Shown here in pieces: positions 37,949-46,048 of a stretch of 46,048 bases of DNA. This DNA is from an uncultured Clostridia bacterium (GTDB taxonomy: Bacteria > Bacillota > Clostridia > Christensenellales > CAG-314). The first letter of the stretch is position 1. Every line of letters starts with the position of its first letter. The notes under the pieces are model-generated. The model searched no databases and had not been told where the DNA came from. It saw only the letters and a program-made list of their open reading frames with translations. The DNA lies in the NCBI GenBank assembly GCA_947630455.1, contig CANRHP010000006.1:1-46048 (forward strand), written 5' to 3'. Position numbers and translations under genes: made by a program.

Positions 37949-39499
37949 ATGAAAAAACGTGGAGAAAACTTCATCTCGGGAGCGTTGATACTGAGTCTCG
38001 GCGGGTTGTTTGCCAAGGTGCTTGGTGCGCTCTACAGAATCCCCCTAACTAATATTATAGGCAGCTACGGAATGGGTCTGTATCAGCTGGTGTTTCCGCC
38101 CTATATTCTTTTTTTGACGATCGCGCAAGCAGGTGTGCCCATTGCGCTTTCAAAGCTGATCGCCGAAAACAACCAGTTGGGCAATTTGGAGCGATCGCGC
38201 AGGATATTTCGTTGTGCATTTGTGTTTTTGGCAATTTTGGGAGCACTTTGCGCAGTTTTGATGGCAAGTCTTTCCAAAGTAATTGCGACGGCTCAGGGCA
38301 ACAGAGAAACCGCCGAGGCGTTTCTTATTGTGGCGCCGGCGTTATTGTTTGTCCCCGTCACAAATGCCTTGAAAGCATATTTTCAAGGAAATATGAACAT
38401 GGTACCGTCGGGTGTAACTACAGTCATAGAGCAGTTGGTCAAGCTGGCTGTGGGATTGGTATGTGCAGTACGTTTTATGCCGAATGTTCACAAGGCGGTT
38501 ATGGGGGCGGTATTTGCTATCACAGTCAGTGAATTCGGTTCACTTGTGATAATGTCTGCTGTCTACTTTATACATCGACGCCGCAACAGGTATGTCGGTA
38601 AAATTTCCGTGGGCTGGGAGGATGTAAAGGATATCGGCTCGGGTATAATGTCCCTTGCCATACCTGTGGCGCTGGGCGGCTTTGCAATGCAGATGTCGCA
38701 AGTGATAGATTCTGTAATGGTTGTCAATCTGCTTACCGTGCCAAATGCCACCGAAATGTACGGATTGTGGACGGGCCCCGTCAACTCCATGCTCGGTTTG
38801 CCTATAGCTCTAAGCAGCGGCGTGGCGGTGTCGGCGCTTCCCGGCATTACCAAAACATTCTACAGCGGCGATAAAAACGCACTGCATGCGGGCTTCAACA
38901 CGGCGATGAAGCTCACATTGGTTATTGCATTGCCCTGTGCGCTCGGAATGATCTTGCTGGCTCGCCCGATATTGTCACTGCTCTATGGCAGTTTACCTGA
39001 AAGTGAGATCTATGTCGCTTCCGTTTTGTTGTCTCTTTCGGGCTTGTCTATTGTGTTTTTGGCTATTTTGCAAACATGTGTGTCAGTATGTCAGGCGGTC
39101 GGAAAACCTTACGCAACGGTTATCATTGTGTCTCTGTCCATTGTAGTCAAGGCGGCAGTCAATCTTGCTTTGCTGCCAAATTCGGAAATAAATATCTACG
39201 GTGCTGCAATTTCCGAGACGTTATGCTATCTTTTTGCCACTGTTTGTGTTATAATTTATTTGCGAGTGAAGGTTGGGCTCAAAACAGACGTCGTACCGTG
39301 TCTTATCAAGCCGTTGGCTTGCTCAATGCTGATGACTTTGTTTATCACCGTGGCGCTTAGCTTTTTGGGCGGGCTGTTTGCCGGTACGGTGGGCACACTG
39401 ATTTTGATAGCGATTTCAGCCCTTATTTATCTTTTGGGACTTGTTGCGCTTAAAACTTTTGATAGAAGCGAGTTGCCTTTACCCGTCAGACAAAAATAA
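37949..39499 (+). CDS. MOP-family flippase (YabM/SpoVB/MurJ-like)
   Basis: GALILSLGGLFAKVLGALYRIPL..GVPIALSKLIAE..YFQG..IEQLVK; many TM helices; upstream of yabN. Confidence 0.9.
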   Translation: MKKRGENFISGALILSLGGLFAKVLGALYRIPLTNIIGSYGMGLYQLVFPPYILFLTIAQAGVPIALSKLIAENNQLGNLERSRRIFRCAFVFLAILGALCAVLMASLSKVIATAQGNRETAEAFLIVAPALLFVPVTNALKAYFQGNMNMVPSGVTTVIEQLVKLAVGLVCAVRFMPNVHKAVMGAVFAITVSEFGSLVIMSAVYFIHRRRNRYVGKISVGWEDVKDIGSGIMSLAIPVALGGFAMQMSQVIDSVMVVNLLTVPNATEMYGLWTGPVNSMLGLPIALSSGVAVSALPGITKTFYSGDKNALHAGFNTAMKLTLVIALPCALGMILLARPILSLLYGSLPESEIYVASVLLSLSGLSIVFLAILQTCVSVCQAVGKPYATVIIVSLSIVVKAAVNLALLPNSEINIYGAAISETLCYLFATVCVIIYLRVKVGLKTDVVPCLIKPLACSMLMTLFITVALSFLGGLFAGTVGTLILIAISALIYLLGLVALKTFDRSELPLPVRQK

Positions 39500-39516
39500 A
39501 TTTTCGGAGTACACTT

Positions 39517-40899
39517 ATGATTACGGTTGTGGGAATGGGTACAAAAGAGGGCGACTTGACCTTGGATGGCAAAGCTGCAATAGAATCTGCCGATGTAGTA
39601 GTAGTCAAATCTGCCAAGACGCATGCGGCGTCTGCCGTTGCGGCAATCAGAGACGACGCCGTTTACTGCGATGACCTCTACGAACAGTCGTCGAATTTCG
39701 ACGCATTGAACGCTGCGATCGGCGAAAGGCTGCGTTCTTTCGGCAGCAAAAAAGTTGTTTTCTGTGTGGTGGGGGACGGCTCCGACGACACAACGGCGCA
39801 GGCTTTAGAGGGTGTAAGGCTTGTATCGGGAGTGAGCTTGTATTCGCCTGTTGTAGGCAAAGAGCTTGCCGGAGGAAGTGTAATCTACACCGCGACGGAG
39901 CTGCTTGCGGCGGCGCGGGTTTTGCCGCAGCCCACTGTTGTAAAGTGTATTGACGACAAATATATAGCGGGCGAAGTGCAGCTCAAATTATCCACCGCCT
40001 TTGATATGGACACCGAAGTCGTTTATTGTTGCGGTAAAACCGTCAAAAAATTCCCCCTTTCAGAACTTAGTAAACAGCGTTACAATTACCGTTCAACATT
40101 GTACTTGCTGCCCAAAAATCCAATCGAACGTCAGGTATTTGACTACTATGATTGCGCCGATATTATGACGGTGCTTTGCGGACCCAATGGCTGTCCGTGG
40201 GACAGGGAACAGACGCATAAAAGCATTGTAAAAAACGTTATCGAGGAAGCCTACGAGTTGGCGGACGCCTTGGAAAAGGAGGATACCGAACACGTCATAG
40301 AGGAGTTGGGCGATTTGTTGATGCAGGTGATTTTTCATCTAGAAATCGCTCATAACAACGGCGAATTCGAACCCGACGCCGTCTACACGGGGTTGTGCCG
40401 TAAGCTTATTGATCGTCATCCGCATGTGTTCGGAGATGTCAAGGCGGCTGATTCTTCCGAATCTTTGGGAGTGTGGGAGCAGCAGAAGTTAAGGGAGCAC
40501 AAAATCAAGGATACGGTGCAAAATGTATTGGATGTGCCGCGCGGCATGTCTGCGCTTATGCGCTGTCAAAAGGTAAGCTCGCGCGCTGCCAAAGGCGGGT
40601 ACGAATTCGAAAACGTAGAACAAGTGGCAGGCAAAGTAAAGGAAGAGCTTGCGGAATTTATGTCCGCGCCGCAGTCGGAAAAGCAAATGGAAGGCGGCGA
40701 TTTGTTGTTTGCATGCGCAAGTCTGCTGCGCCTTTCCGGCGTTGACGCCGAAACGGCATTGCTGCTTTCCACCGAAAAGTTTCTGCGCCGCGTAGTGGAG
40801 TGCGAAAGGCTGCTTTCGGAACGTAAACAAAACTTGAAGGAAATGTCAATGCGGCAATTCGACGAGCTTTGGAGCGAGGCAAAGCGCAATGTCGGTTGA
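39517..40899 (+). CDS. mazG: YabN-like protein (degenerate methylase-like domain plus MazG pyrophosphatase)
   Basis: ITVVGMG start; GCPWDREQTH, IEEAYEL, EELGDLL, KLIDRHPHVFG. Confidence 0.92.
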   Translation: MITVVGMGTKEGDLTLDGKAAIESADVVVVKSAKTHAASAVAAIRDDAVYCDDLYEQSSNFDALNAAIGERLRSFGSKKVVFCVVGDGSDDTTAQALEGVRLVSGVSLYSPVVGKELAGGSVIYTATELLAAARVLPQPTVVKCIDDKYIAGEVQLKLSTAFDMDTEVVYCCGKTVKKFPLSELSKQRYNYRSTLYLLPKNPIERQVFDYYDCADIMTVLCGPNGCPWDREQTHKSIVKNVIEEAYELADALEKEDTEHVIEELGDLLMQVIFHLEIAHNNGEFEPDAVYTGLCRKLIDRHPHVFGDVKAADSSESLGVWEQQKLREHKIKDTVQNVLDVPRGMSALMRCQKVSSRAAKGGYEFENVEQVAGKVKEELAEFMSAPQSEKQMEGGDLLFACASLLRLSGVDAETALLLSTEKFLRRVVECERLLSERKQNLKEMSMRQFDELWSEAKRNVG

Positions 40900-41827
40900 A
40901 TTCAAAACAGTTCTTGCTCCAATGGCGGGCTACACGGATTTTGCATTTCGTGCAATTTGCAGAGATTACGGAGTAGATCTCACCGTAACGGAAATGGTTA
41001 GTAGCAAGGCACTTGTAATGGGCAGCGAGCTTTCACGCCGAATGTTGTACCGTGAGTGTGTGGACAAGCCTTCTTTTTGTCAGATCTTCGGTCATGAGCC
41101 GGACGTATTGGCTGCCAGCGTACAAATTCCGGAAATGGCAGGGTACGAGGGCGTAGATATCAATATGGGCTGTCCCGTTCGCAAAATAGTTGGCAGCGGC
41201 GACGGTTCTGCACTTTTGGAAAATCCGAGGCTTGCAGCGCGATGTATAACCGCCGTCAAGCTTGCATTGAAGGGCAGGCTGTTGTCTGTGAAATTTCGTT
41301 TGGGAATCAGTGACAGCAGCGGTGCCGTGGATTTTGCCAAAATGTGCGCCGATTCGGGCGCCGACTTCATCACGGTACATTTCAGAACGCGCAAGCAAAT
41401 GTACAGCGGCAATGCCGACTATACTTTGCTGCCGCAATTTGCCAAGCTGGGCATACCGATCATTGCCAATGGCGACGTTGCCTCGCGCGAGCAATGCTTG
41501 CGTCTTTTCGATATGGGGGCGAGCGGAGTAGCTGTCGGACGCGGCGCATTGGGCAGACCCTATTTGTTTGCAGAGCTAAAGGATGAACATTTTACCTTTG
41601 ATGTTCTCCGATCAATAGAGCGTCACGCAGCGTTGTTGCTAACTGTATTTGAAGAGCGCGTTGTCGCAAATGAAATGAAAAAGCACGTTGCCGCCTATCT
41701 CAAAGGTATGCGCAACGGCAAGGCTGTTGTGGTAGAAGTGATGAACGCGCACAATCTGCAGCAAATTATCGACCCTTGTCGTGCTTATTTTGAAACATAT
41801 CCGTCCTTGAGGAGCATAGTAAAATGA
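40889..41827 (+). CDS. dus: tRNA-dihydrouridine synthase
   Basis: LAPMAGYTD..TEMVS, DINMGCP, IANGDV, GRGALGRP. Confidence 0.94.
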   Translation: MSVEFKTVLAPMAGYTDFAFRAICRDYGVDLTVTEMVSSKALVMGSELSRRMLYRECVDKPSFCQIFGHEPDVLAASVQIPEMAGYEGVDINMGCPVRKIVGSGDGSALLENPRLAARCITAVKLALKGRLLSVKFRLGISDSSGAVDFAKMCADSGADFITVHFRTRKQMYSGNADYTLLPQFAKLGIPIIANGDVASREQCLRLFDMGASGVAVGRGALGRPYLFAELKDEHFTFDVLRSIERHAALLLTVFEERVVANEMKKHVAAYLKGMRNGKAVVVEVMNAHNLQQIIDPCRAYFETYPSLRSIVK

Positions 41828-42309
41828 TACATATAGTTTTGGTAGAACCGGAAATACCTCAAAACACCGGCAACATTGTGCGTACTGCCGCCGCTACAGG
41901 CAGTACGGTGCATCTTGTGCGCCCTTTGGGGTTTGACACAAGCGATCGCATGCTGCGCCGTGCGGGATTGGACTATTGGAAAGATTGTCAAATATTTTAT
42001 CACGACAGCTTTGCCGAATTGCAGCAAAGCTATCCTGAAGGTGAGTTTTGGTATTTTTCCACTAAAGCTCAGCAAACACACACCGAGCCTAATTACGGTA
42101 AGGATGTTTTTCTGGTATTCGGCAAGGAAACCAAGGGACTGCCGGAGCAGCTCATTCACGACAATTACGATCATGCCGTTCGTATTCCCATGATTGCCGA
42201 TACTCGAAGTCTCAATCTAAGCAATTCTGTTGCGATCGCAGTTTACGAGGTATTACGTCAGCGTCATTTTGAGGGCTTCAATCTTGTTGGACACCTGCGC
42301 GAATTTTAA
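41824..42309 (+). CDS. trmL: tRNA (cytidine/uridine-34 2'-O)-methyltransferase
   Basis: EPEIPQNTGNI, RRAGLDYW, FGKETKGLP, RSLNLSN. Confidence 0.96.
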   Translation: MIHIVLVEPEIPQNTGNIVRTAAATGSTVHLVRPLGFDTSDRMLRRAGLDYWKDCQIFYHDSFAELQQSYPEGEFWYFSTKAQQTHTEPNYGKDVFLVFGKETKGLPEQLIHDNYDHAVRIPMIADTRSLNLSNSVAIAVYEVLRQRHFEGFNLVGHLREF

Positions 42310-42371
42310 TACTAAACGTCAGTTATGTTCACTTTTAATTGTAAATTGTTTACGCAATTTGCCGCAATTTA

Positions 42372-42400
42372 TTGAATTGTCGGGTAAAATGTAGTATTAT
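42372..42400 (+). promoter_or_regulatory. Sigma-A promoter
   Basis: TTGAAT-17 bp-TATTAT. Confidence 0.5.
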
Positions 42401-42463
42401 ACAATCGGTGAAGTTTTTAGATAAAATTTTTCTGTTCTTCTACGTATCAAGGAGTAAATTTTT

Positions 42464-43282
42464 ATGGCAAAAATAGAAAATTTTGAAATGGAGATCACTA
42501 CGCTCGGCCGTATGCGCACCGTATGGGTGTATCTTCCCGACAATTACACCGACAAAGGAGACGGTTTCCCTGTTATTTACATGCATGATGGACAAAATTT
42601 GTTTTACGACCGCCTGACAGCTTATGGCGCAGCATGGCATGTCGATAAGGTTTTGGGAGATATTTACCGTACAACAGGTATGAGCTGTATGGTTGTGGGC
42701 GTTGAGTGCAATGACAAGGTGCGTTTTTCGGAATACAGTCCGTGGAAGGCGGTACCCAATATGCGTAACCGTCCCAAGGAAAAGGAAAATCAGGGCGGTG
42801 ACGGCGTCAAATACGGTGAATGGTTTGCAACGGTTTTGAAACCATATATAGATAATCGCTACAATACCGACAAGCATCGTATGGCAACGGCTGTAGCAGG
42901 CAGCAGTATGGGCGGACTAATAAGCTGTTACATTGGGCTCAAATATCAGCGAATATTCGAAACAATGGGATTGTTCAGCACATACACCGCGTTTAATCAG
43001 CCTGCTTTCAATCATTTTGAAAACAGTACGCCGCAAAATCTTCCTCAGCATGCGTTTATTTATGCGGGCGGAAAAGAATGGGGACAGGAGGACAGCAAAG
43101 CAAACCGACAAATGGTTACCATTGCCGTTAATTTGTATAACACTCTGTTTAAAAGGCAGATTTGCTGTGAGCTTGTTGTGGATAGCGAGCTGCCGCACTA
43201 CGAAACAGCATGGGAAACCTACTTCCGTCCTTTTGCCGAGAGCTTTCTCGAGCGCTATAGCGAATTTAAAAAAAAGCAGTAA
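42464..43282 (+). CDS. Alpha/beta-hydrolase esterase
   Basis: VWVYLP..PVIYMHDGQNLF, nucleophile GSSMGG, C-terminal His (LPHYETAW). Confidence 0.9.
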   Translation: MAKIENFEMEITTLGRMRTVWVYLPDNYTDKGDGFPVIYMHDGQNLFYDRLTAYGAAWHVDKVLGDIYRTTGMSCMVVGVECNDKVRFSEYSPWKAVPNMRNRPKEKENQGGDGVKYGEWFATVLKPYIDNRYNTDKHRMATAVAGSSMGGLISCYIGLKYQRIFETMGLFSTYTAFNQPAFNHFENSTPQNLPQHAFIYAGGKEWGQEDSKANRQMVTIAVNLYNTLFKRQICCELVVDSELPHYETAWETYFRPFAESFLERYSEFKKKQ

Positions 43283-43446
43283 TTCAAATCAATTAAACGC
43301 TTAAAAAATACAGCTCTGTGCCCGGCAATGCGATTGCTGAGCTTATTCTGCAGTACGTCGCGCTTAAAGGATTGGTTTTCTCGAAAGTTTTTTTGCAAAT
43401 TATACGCCTTTACAAAGCAGTCAAAATGAAGTATAATAATAAAGTT

Positions 43447-44001
43447 ATGCAACTTATTTTGGCAAGCGCGTCACCGCGCAGACGCGAACTTTTGAGCAAA
43501 CTACCCTATCCGTTTGAAATTATTCCCGCTGAAGGCGAAGAGGTGAGCAGCCAAACCGAGCCTACCGAGATCGTCAAAGAATTGGCTGCTCACAAGGCGC
43601 AGGAGGTATTTGCCGTACACCCCGACGCTGTTGTGTTGGGTTGCGATACGGTAGTAGACTTTGATGGGCAAGTTATGGGCAAGCCGCGCGATCGCGAGGA
43701 CGCATTGCGTATGCTCAGAGCTCTTTCCGGGAATGTTCATTTTGTACACACAGGCGTGTGCGTTTTAAGTTCTGTGGGAAATTGGCTGTTTTGTGACAGC
43801 ACCGAAGTGCATTTTCGTGTTCTTTCGGAGGAAGAAATCGTCAAATATGTCGATGCGGGAGAAGCATACGGCAAGGCGGGAGCCTACGGCATACAGGATG
43901 ACAGCAGGTTTGTCTCTCACATTGTGGGCGATTACGACAACGTTGTGGGACTGCCAAGCTATCGAATAAAGGAGATTCTCGAAACTATTTACAAAAGGTG
44001 A
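43447..44001 (+). CDS. maf: Maf family nucleoside triphosphate pyrophosphatase
   Basis: LILASASPRRRELL, GCDTVV, GKP, KAGAYGIQ, NVVGLP; start at MQLIL. Confidence 0.95.
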   Translation: MQLILASASPRRRELLSKLPYPFEIIPAEGEEVSSQTEPTEIVKELAAHKAQEVFAVHPDAVVLGCDTVVDFDGQVMGKPRDREDALRMLRALSGNVHFVHTGVCVLSSVGNWLFCDSTEVHFRVLSEEEIVKYVDAGEAYGKAGAYGIQDDSRFVSHIVGDYDNVVGLPSYRIKEILETIYKR

Positions 44002-44004
44002 TTT

Positions 44005-44967
44005 ATGGCAAACTTCGAATTGGTTTTTGACCTCGGTTCGGCATATGTGTCGGCAGGCAACAAAAAAGATGGATTTACTGATAAAATTCCCGCAGTGGTA
44101 GCGGTAGCAACGGATACCAAGCAGATTGTCGGCGTGGGAGTTGAGGCAATTCGCTTGGGTACTACATTGGGCAGCGGAGTAAAGCTTACCTATCCTATTT
44201 TGGAAGGAGCTATCATCGACAACGACGGAGCAAAGGCGCTCATTTCGACGCTTCTCAACCGTTTAGTCAATTACAAGATGAGCGCATTTTCTCGTTACAA
44301 TGTTACTTGCGCCGTGCCATGCGGCATGATCAGCAGTGATAAAAACACAATAGAAACGGTGTTTTTGGGATTGGGCGCAAAGCAGGTTGGATTTATCGAG
44401 ACGCCTATTGCGGATAGCGCCTATTTGTTTAATGAGTTCCACACGCGTCAAGGTATTGTTGTTGATATCGGCTACGATTGTACAGATCTCGCCATTGTCA
44501 CGGCAAATACCATTGCCGCAGGCTGTACCTTATATTATAGCGGCAAAAGCCTGACGGAAGCTATTTCCGAAAGGATTCGTTCAAAGTATATGATCCAGTT
44601 GAGCAGGGATGCCGCCGAGTATCTCAAGCTCAATTGCGCCAGCTTGTATCCAAACGATTCGACGGTGGTGTCGGTAAGCGGCATCAACACGCAGTCGGGA
44701 ATGGCAGAGCAGGTAAATGTAAGCAGCAAGGAGCTCTACGACACAGTGGTGGAATTTGTTCGTAAATACGCGCGTATAATTCAAAGTCTGGTTGATAGTG
44801 TTCGGAGCGATTTGGCAACATTGGTGCACAGTGACGGCGTTATGCTTTGCGGCGGCGGGGCCAAGCTCGCCGGCTTGGATATGTTTTTACAAAGCGAGCT
44901 TTCTTTGCCTGTTTATGTCGCCACATATCCCGACGAAGTATCAATCAAAGGCTTACTTTCTATGTGA
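44005..44967 (+). CDS. Divergent MreB/Mbl-like actin homologue
   Basis: FDLGS (phosphate 1), YPILEGAI, VVDIG (phosphate 2), AEYLK, LCGGGAKLAGLD (adenosine); directly after maf. Confidence 0.82.
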   Translation: MANFELVFDLGSAYVSAGNKKDGFTDKIPAVVAVATDTKQIVGVGVEAIRLGTTLGSGVKLTYPILEGAIIDNDGAKALISTLLNRLVNYKMSAFSRYNVTCAVPCGMISSDKNTIETVFLGLGAKQVGFIETPIADSAYLFNEFHTRQGIVVDIGYDCTDLAIVTANTIAAGCTLYYSGKSLTEAISERIRSKYMIQLSRDAAEYLKLNCASLYPNDSTVVSVSGINTQSGMAEQVNVSSKELYDTVVEFVRKYARIIQSLVDSVRSDLATLVHSDGVMLCGGGAKLAGLDMFLQSELSLPVYVATYPDEVSIKGLLSM

Positions 44968-45016
44968 TCAAAGTTGAAAAACTTAAATAAAAAATATAAA
45001 AACGGAGGAAAACTTT

Positions 45017-45550
45017 ATGAATCTCAAGGGTAGCAAAACCGAACAAAACCTGATCGCGGCTTTTGCTGGCGAAAGTCAGGCACGCAACAAGTACGATTAC
45101 TATGCCTCCAAAGCAAAAAAGGATGGCTATGAGCAGATAGCGGCAATATTTCAGGAAACAGCCAACAATGAGAAGGAGCATGCCAAGCTGTGGTTCAAAT
45201 TGTTCCATGGTATCAACAGCACATTGGACAACCTGTTGGACGCCGCAGCAGGCGAAAGCTACGAGTGGACGGAAATGTACAAAAATTTTGCCGATGTAGC
45301 CGAGCAGGAGGGCTTCTATGACATAGCAGCCAAATTCCGCGGAGTAGCGGCAATAGAAAAGCATCACGAAGAACGTTATCGCAAGCTTGCCGAGGCAGTA
45401 CGCGGCGGTGAAGTGTTTGTCAAGCTGGATGAAAATGTGTGGGTTTGCCGCAACTGCGGTCACATACATATCGGCAAGTCTGCTCCGGAGGTTTGCCCTG
45501 TTTGCGCTCATCCGCAAGCCTATTTCGAACTGTTGAAGGAAAATTTCTAA
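45017..45550 (+). CDS. rbr: Rubrerythrin
   Basis: [28 protein letters not shown]-terminal rubredoxin CRNCG..CPVCAH. Confidence 0.97.
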   Translation: MNLKGSKTEQNLIAAFAGESQARNKYDYYASKAKKDGYEQIAAIFQETANNEKEHAKLWFKLFHGINSTLDNLLDAAAGESYEWTEMYKNFADVAEQEGFYDIAAKFRGVAAIEKHHEERYRKLAEAVRGGEVFVKLDENVWVCRNCGHIHIGKSAPEVCPVCAHPQAYFELLKENF

Positions 45551-45565
45551 TCACAATTTCTACCT

Positions 45566-45610
45566 AACAAAAAAGACGGCCTTTTTATTTGGCTGCCTTT
45601 TTTGTTTTTT
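45566..45610. terminator. Bidirectional intrinsic terminator
   Basis: AACAAAAAAGACGGCC-loop-GGCTGCCTTTTTTGTT with U-tracts on both strands. Confidence 0.75.
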
Positions 45611-45753
45611 AATAAGGAGTATACTATTAACCGTCAACTTAAATAACGGAAAGAGTCCGATGTTAGGCACACAACTGTTTCGGCGTACTTAGCTCGCATA
45701 AATTGCAAAACTACCGAAGCTTCAGAATTTATCGCTGTTTTGCCTATTCAGAT
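45566..45753 (-). ncRNA. Candidate stand-alone structured small RNA (~190 nt), family not recognised
   Basis: Perfect promoter upstream, terminator downstream, nested stems, no RBS-led ORF. Confidence 0.55.
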
Positions 45754-45759
45754 AAAAAA

Positions 45760-45788
45760 ATTATACAGTATTTTTTCCCTAATGTCAA
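45760..45788 (-). promoter_or_regulatory. Perfect consensus sigma-A promoter with no downstream CDS
   Basis: Minus strand TTGACA (45788-45783)-17 bp-TATAAT (45765-45760). Confidence 0.85.
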
Positions 45789-45936
45789 TAGGTTTTGAAA
45801 AATAAGATAGATTCGGTGCTAAGGTACGATGTGTTGTCTGAAGGTGCGCTGGAATATGGAAATTTATCCGATAAGTCCAAAAATACATTCATTGAAAAAA
45901 ATTTTTTAATTTGAGCAAAATTCTTTATTTATTTGA

Positions 45937-45965
45937 TTGACAATATTTTCACAATGTAATATACT
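45937..45965 (+). promoter_or_regulatory. Strong sigma-A promoter, possibly of an rRNA operon beyond the window
   Basis: TTGACA-17 bp-TATACT preceded by A/T tracts (UP-like); non-coding leader runs to the window end. Confidence 0.7.
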
Positions 45966-46048
45966 AAAAAAGCTGTTGTGAAATGGCAGCAGCGAGAAGC
46001 TTGACAATAGAATAGTAAGAAGAATTGAAACACAGTCAACGAGAGAAT

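Noticed and set aside
45660-45750. c-di-GMP-I riboswitch or raiA motif suggested by GGCAAA
   Set aside because: Other conserved elements are missing and no gene lies downstream in cis

Overview
Core chromosomal window of a Clostridia-like Bacillota bacterium, probably gut-associated (inferred from gene order, a bile salt hydrolase and anaerobe oxidative-stress genes). From left to right it contains: an atypical minus-strand oligopeptide ABC operon (partial oppD, oppC with a large insertion, oppB, and a 1080-aa multidomain OppA that appears circularly permuted); an IS3-family element with intact ORFs and a -1 frameshift signal but no clear terminal repeats; the complete S10-spc-alpha ribosomal cluster (rpsJ to rplQ, including a 38-aa rpmJ missed by the ORF track), in which several proteins carry extensions; a small accessory patch (XRE regulator with twin palindromic operators, hypothetical proteins, bile salt hydrolase, FprA); a rearranged pth/mfd/prsA-like/yabM/yabN cluster; dus, trmL, an esterase, maf, a divergent MreB-like actin without mreCD, and rubrerythrin. 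The right end holds an orphan ~190-nt structured RNA candidate between a perfect sigma-A promoter and a terminator, followed by a strong promoter that may drive an rRNA operon outside the window. No CRISPR array, tRNA or prophage structural genes were seen. The best novelty candidates are the orphan RNA, the altered MreB, the permuted OppA system and the XRE switch. All calls come from reading the sequence by eye; no searches were run.
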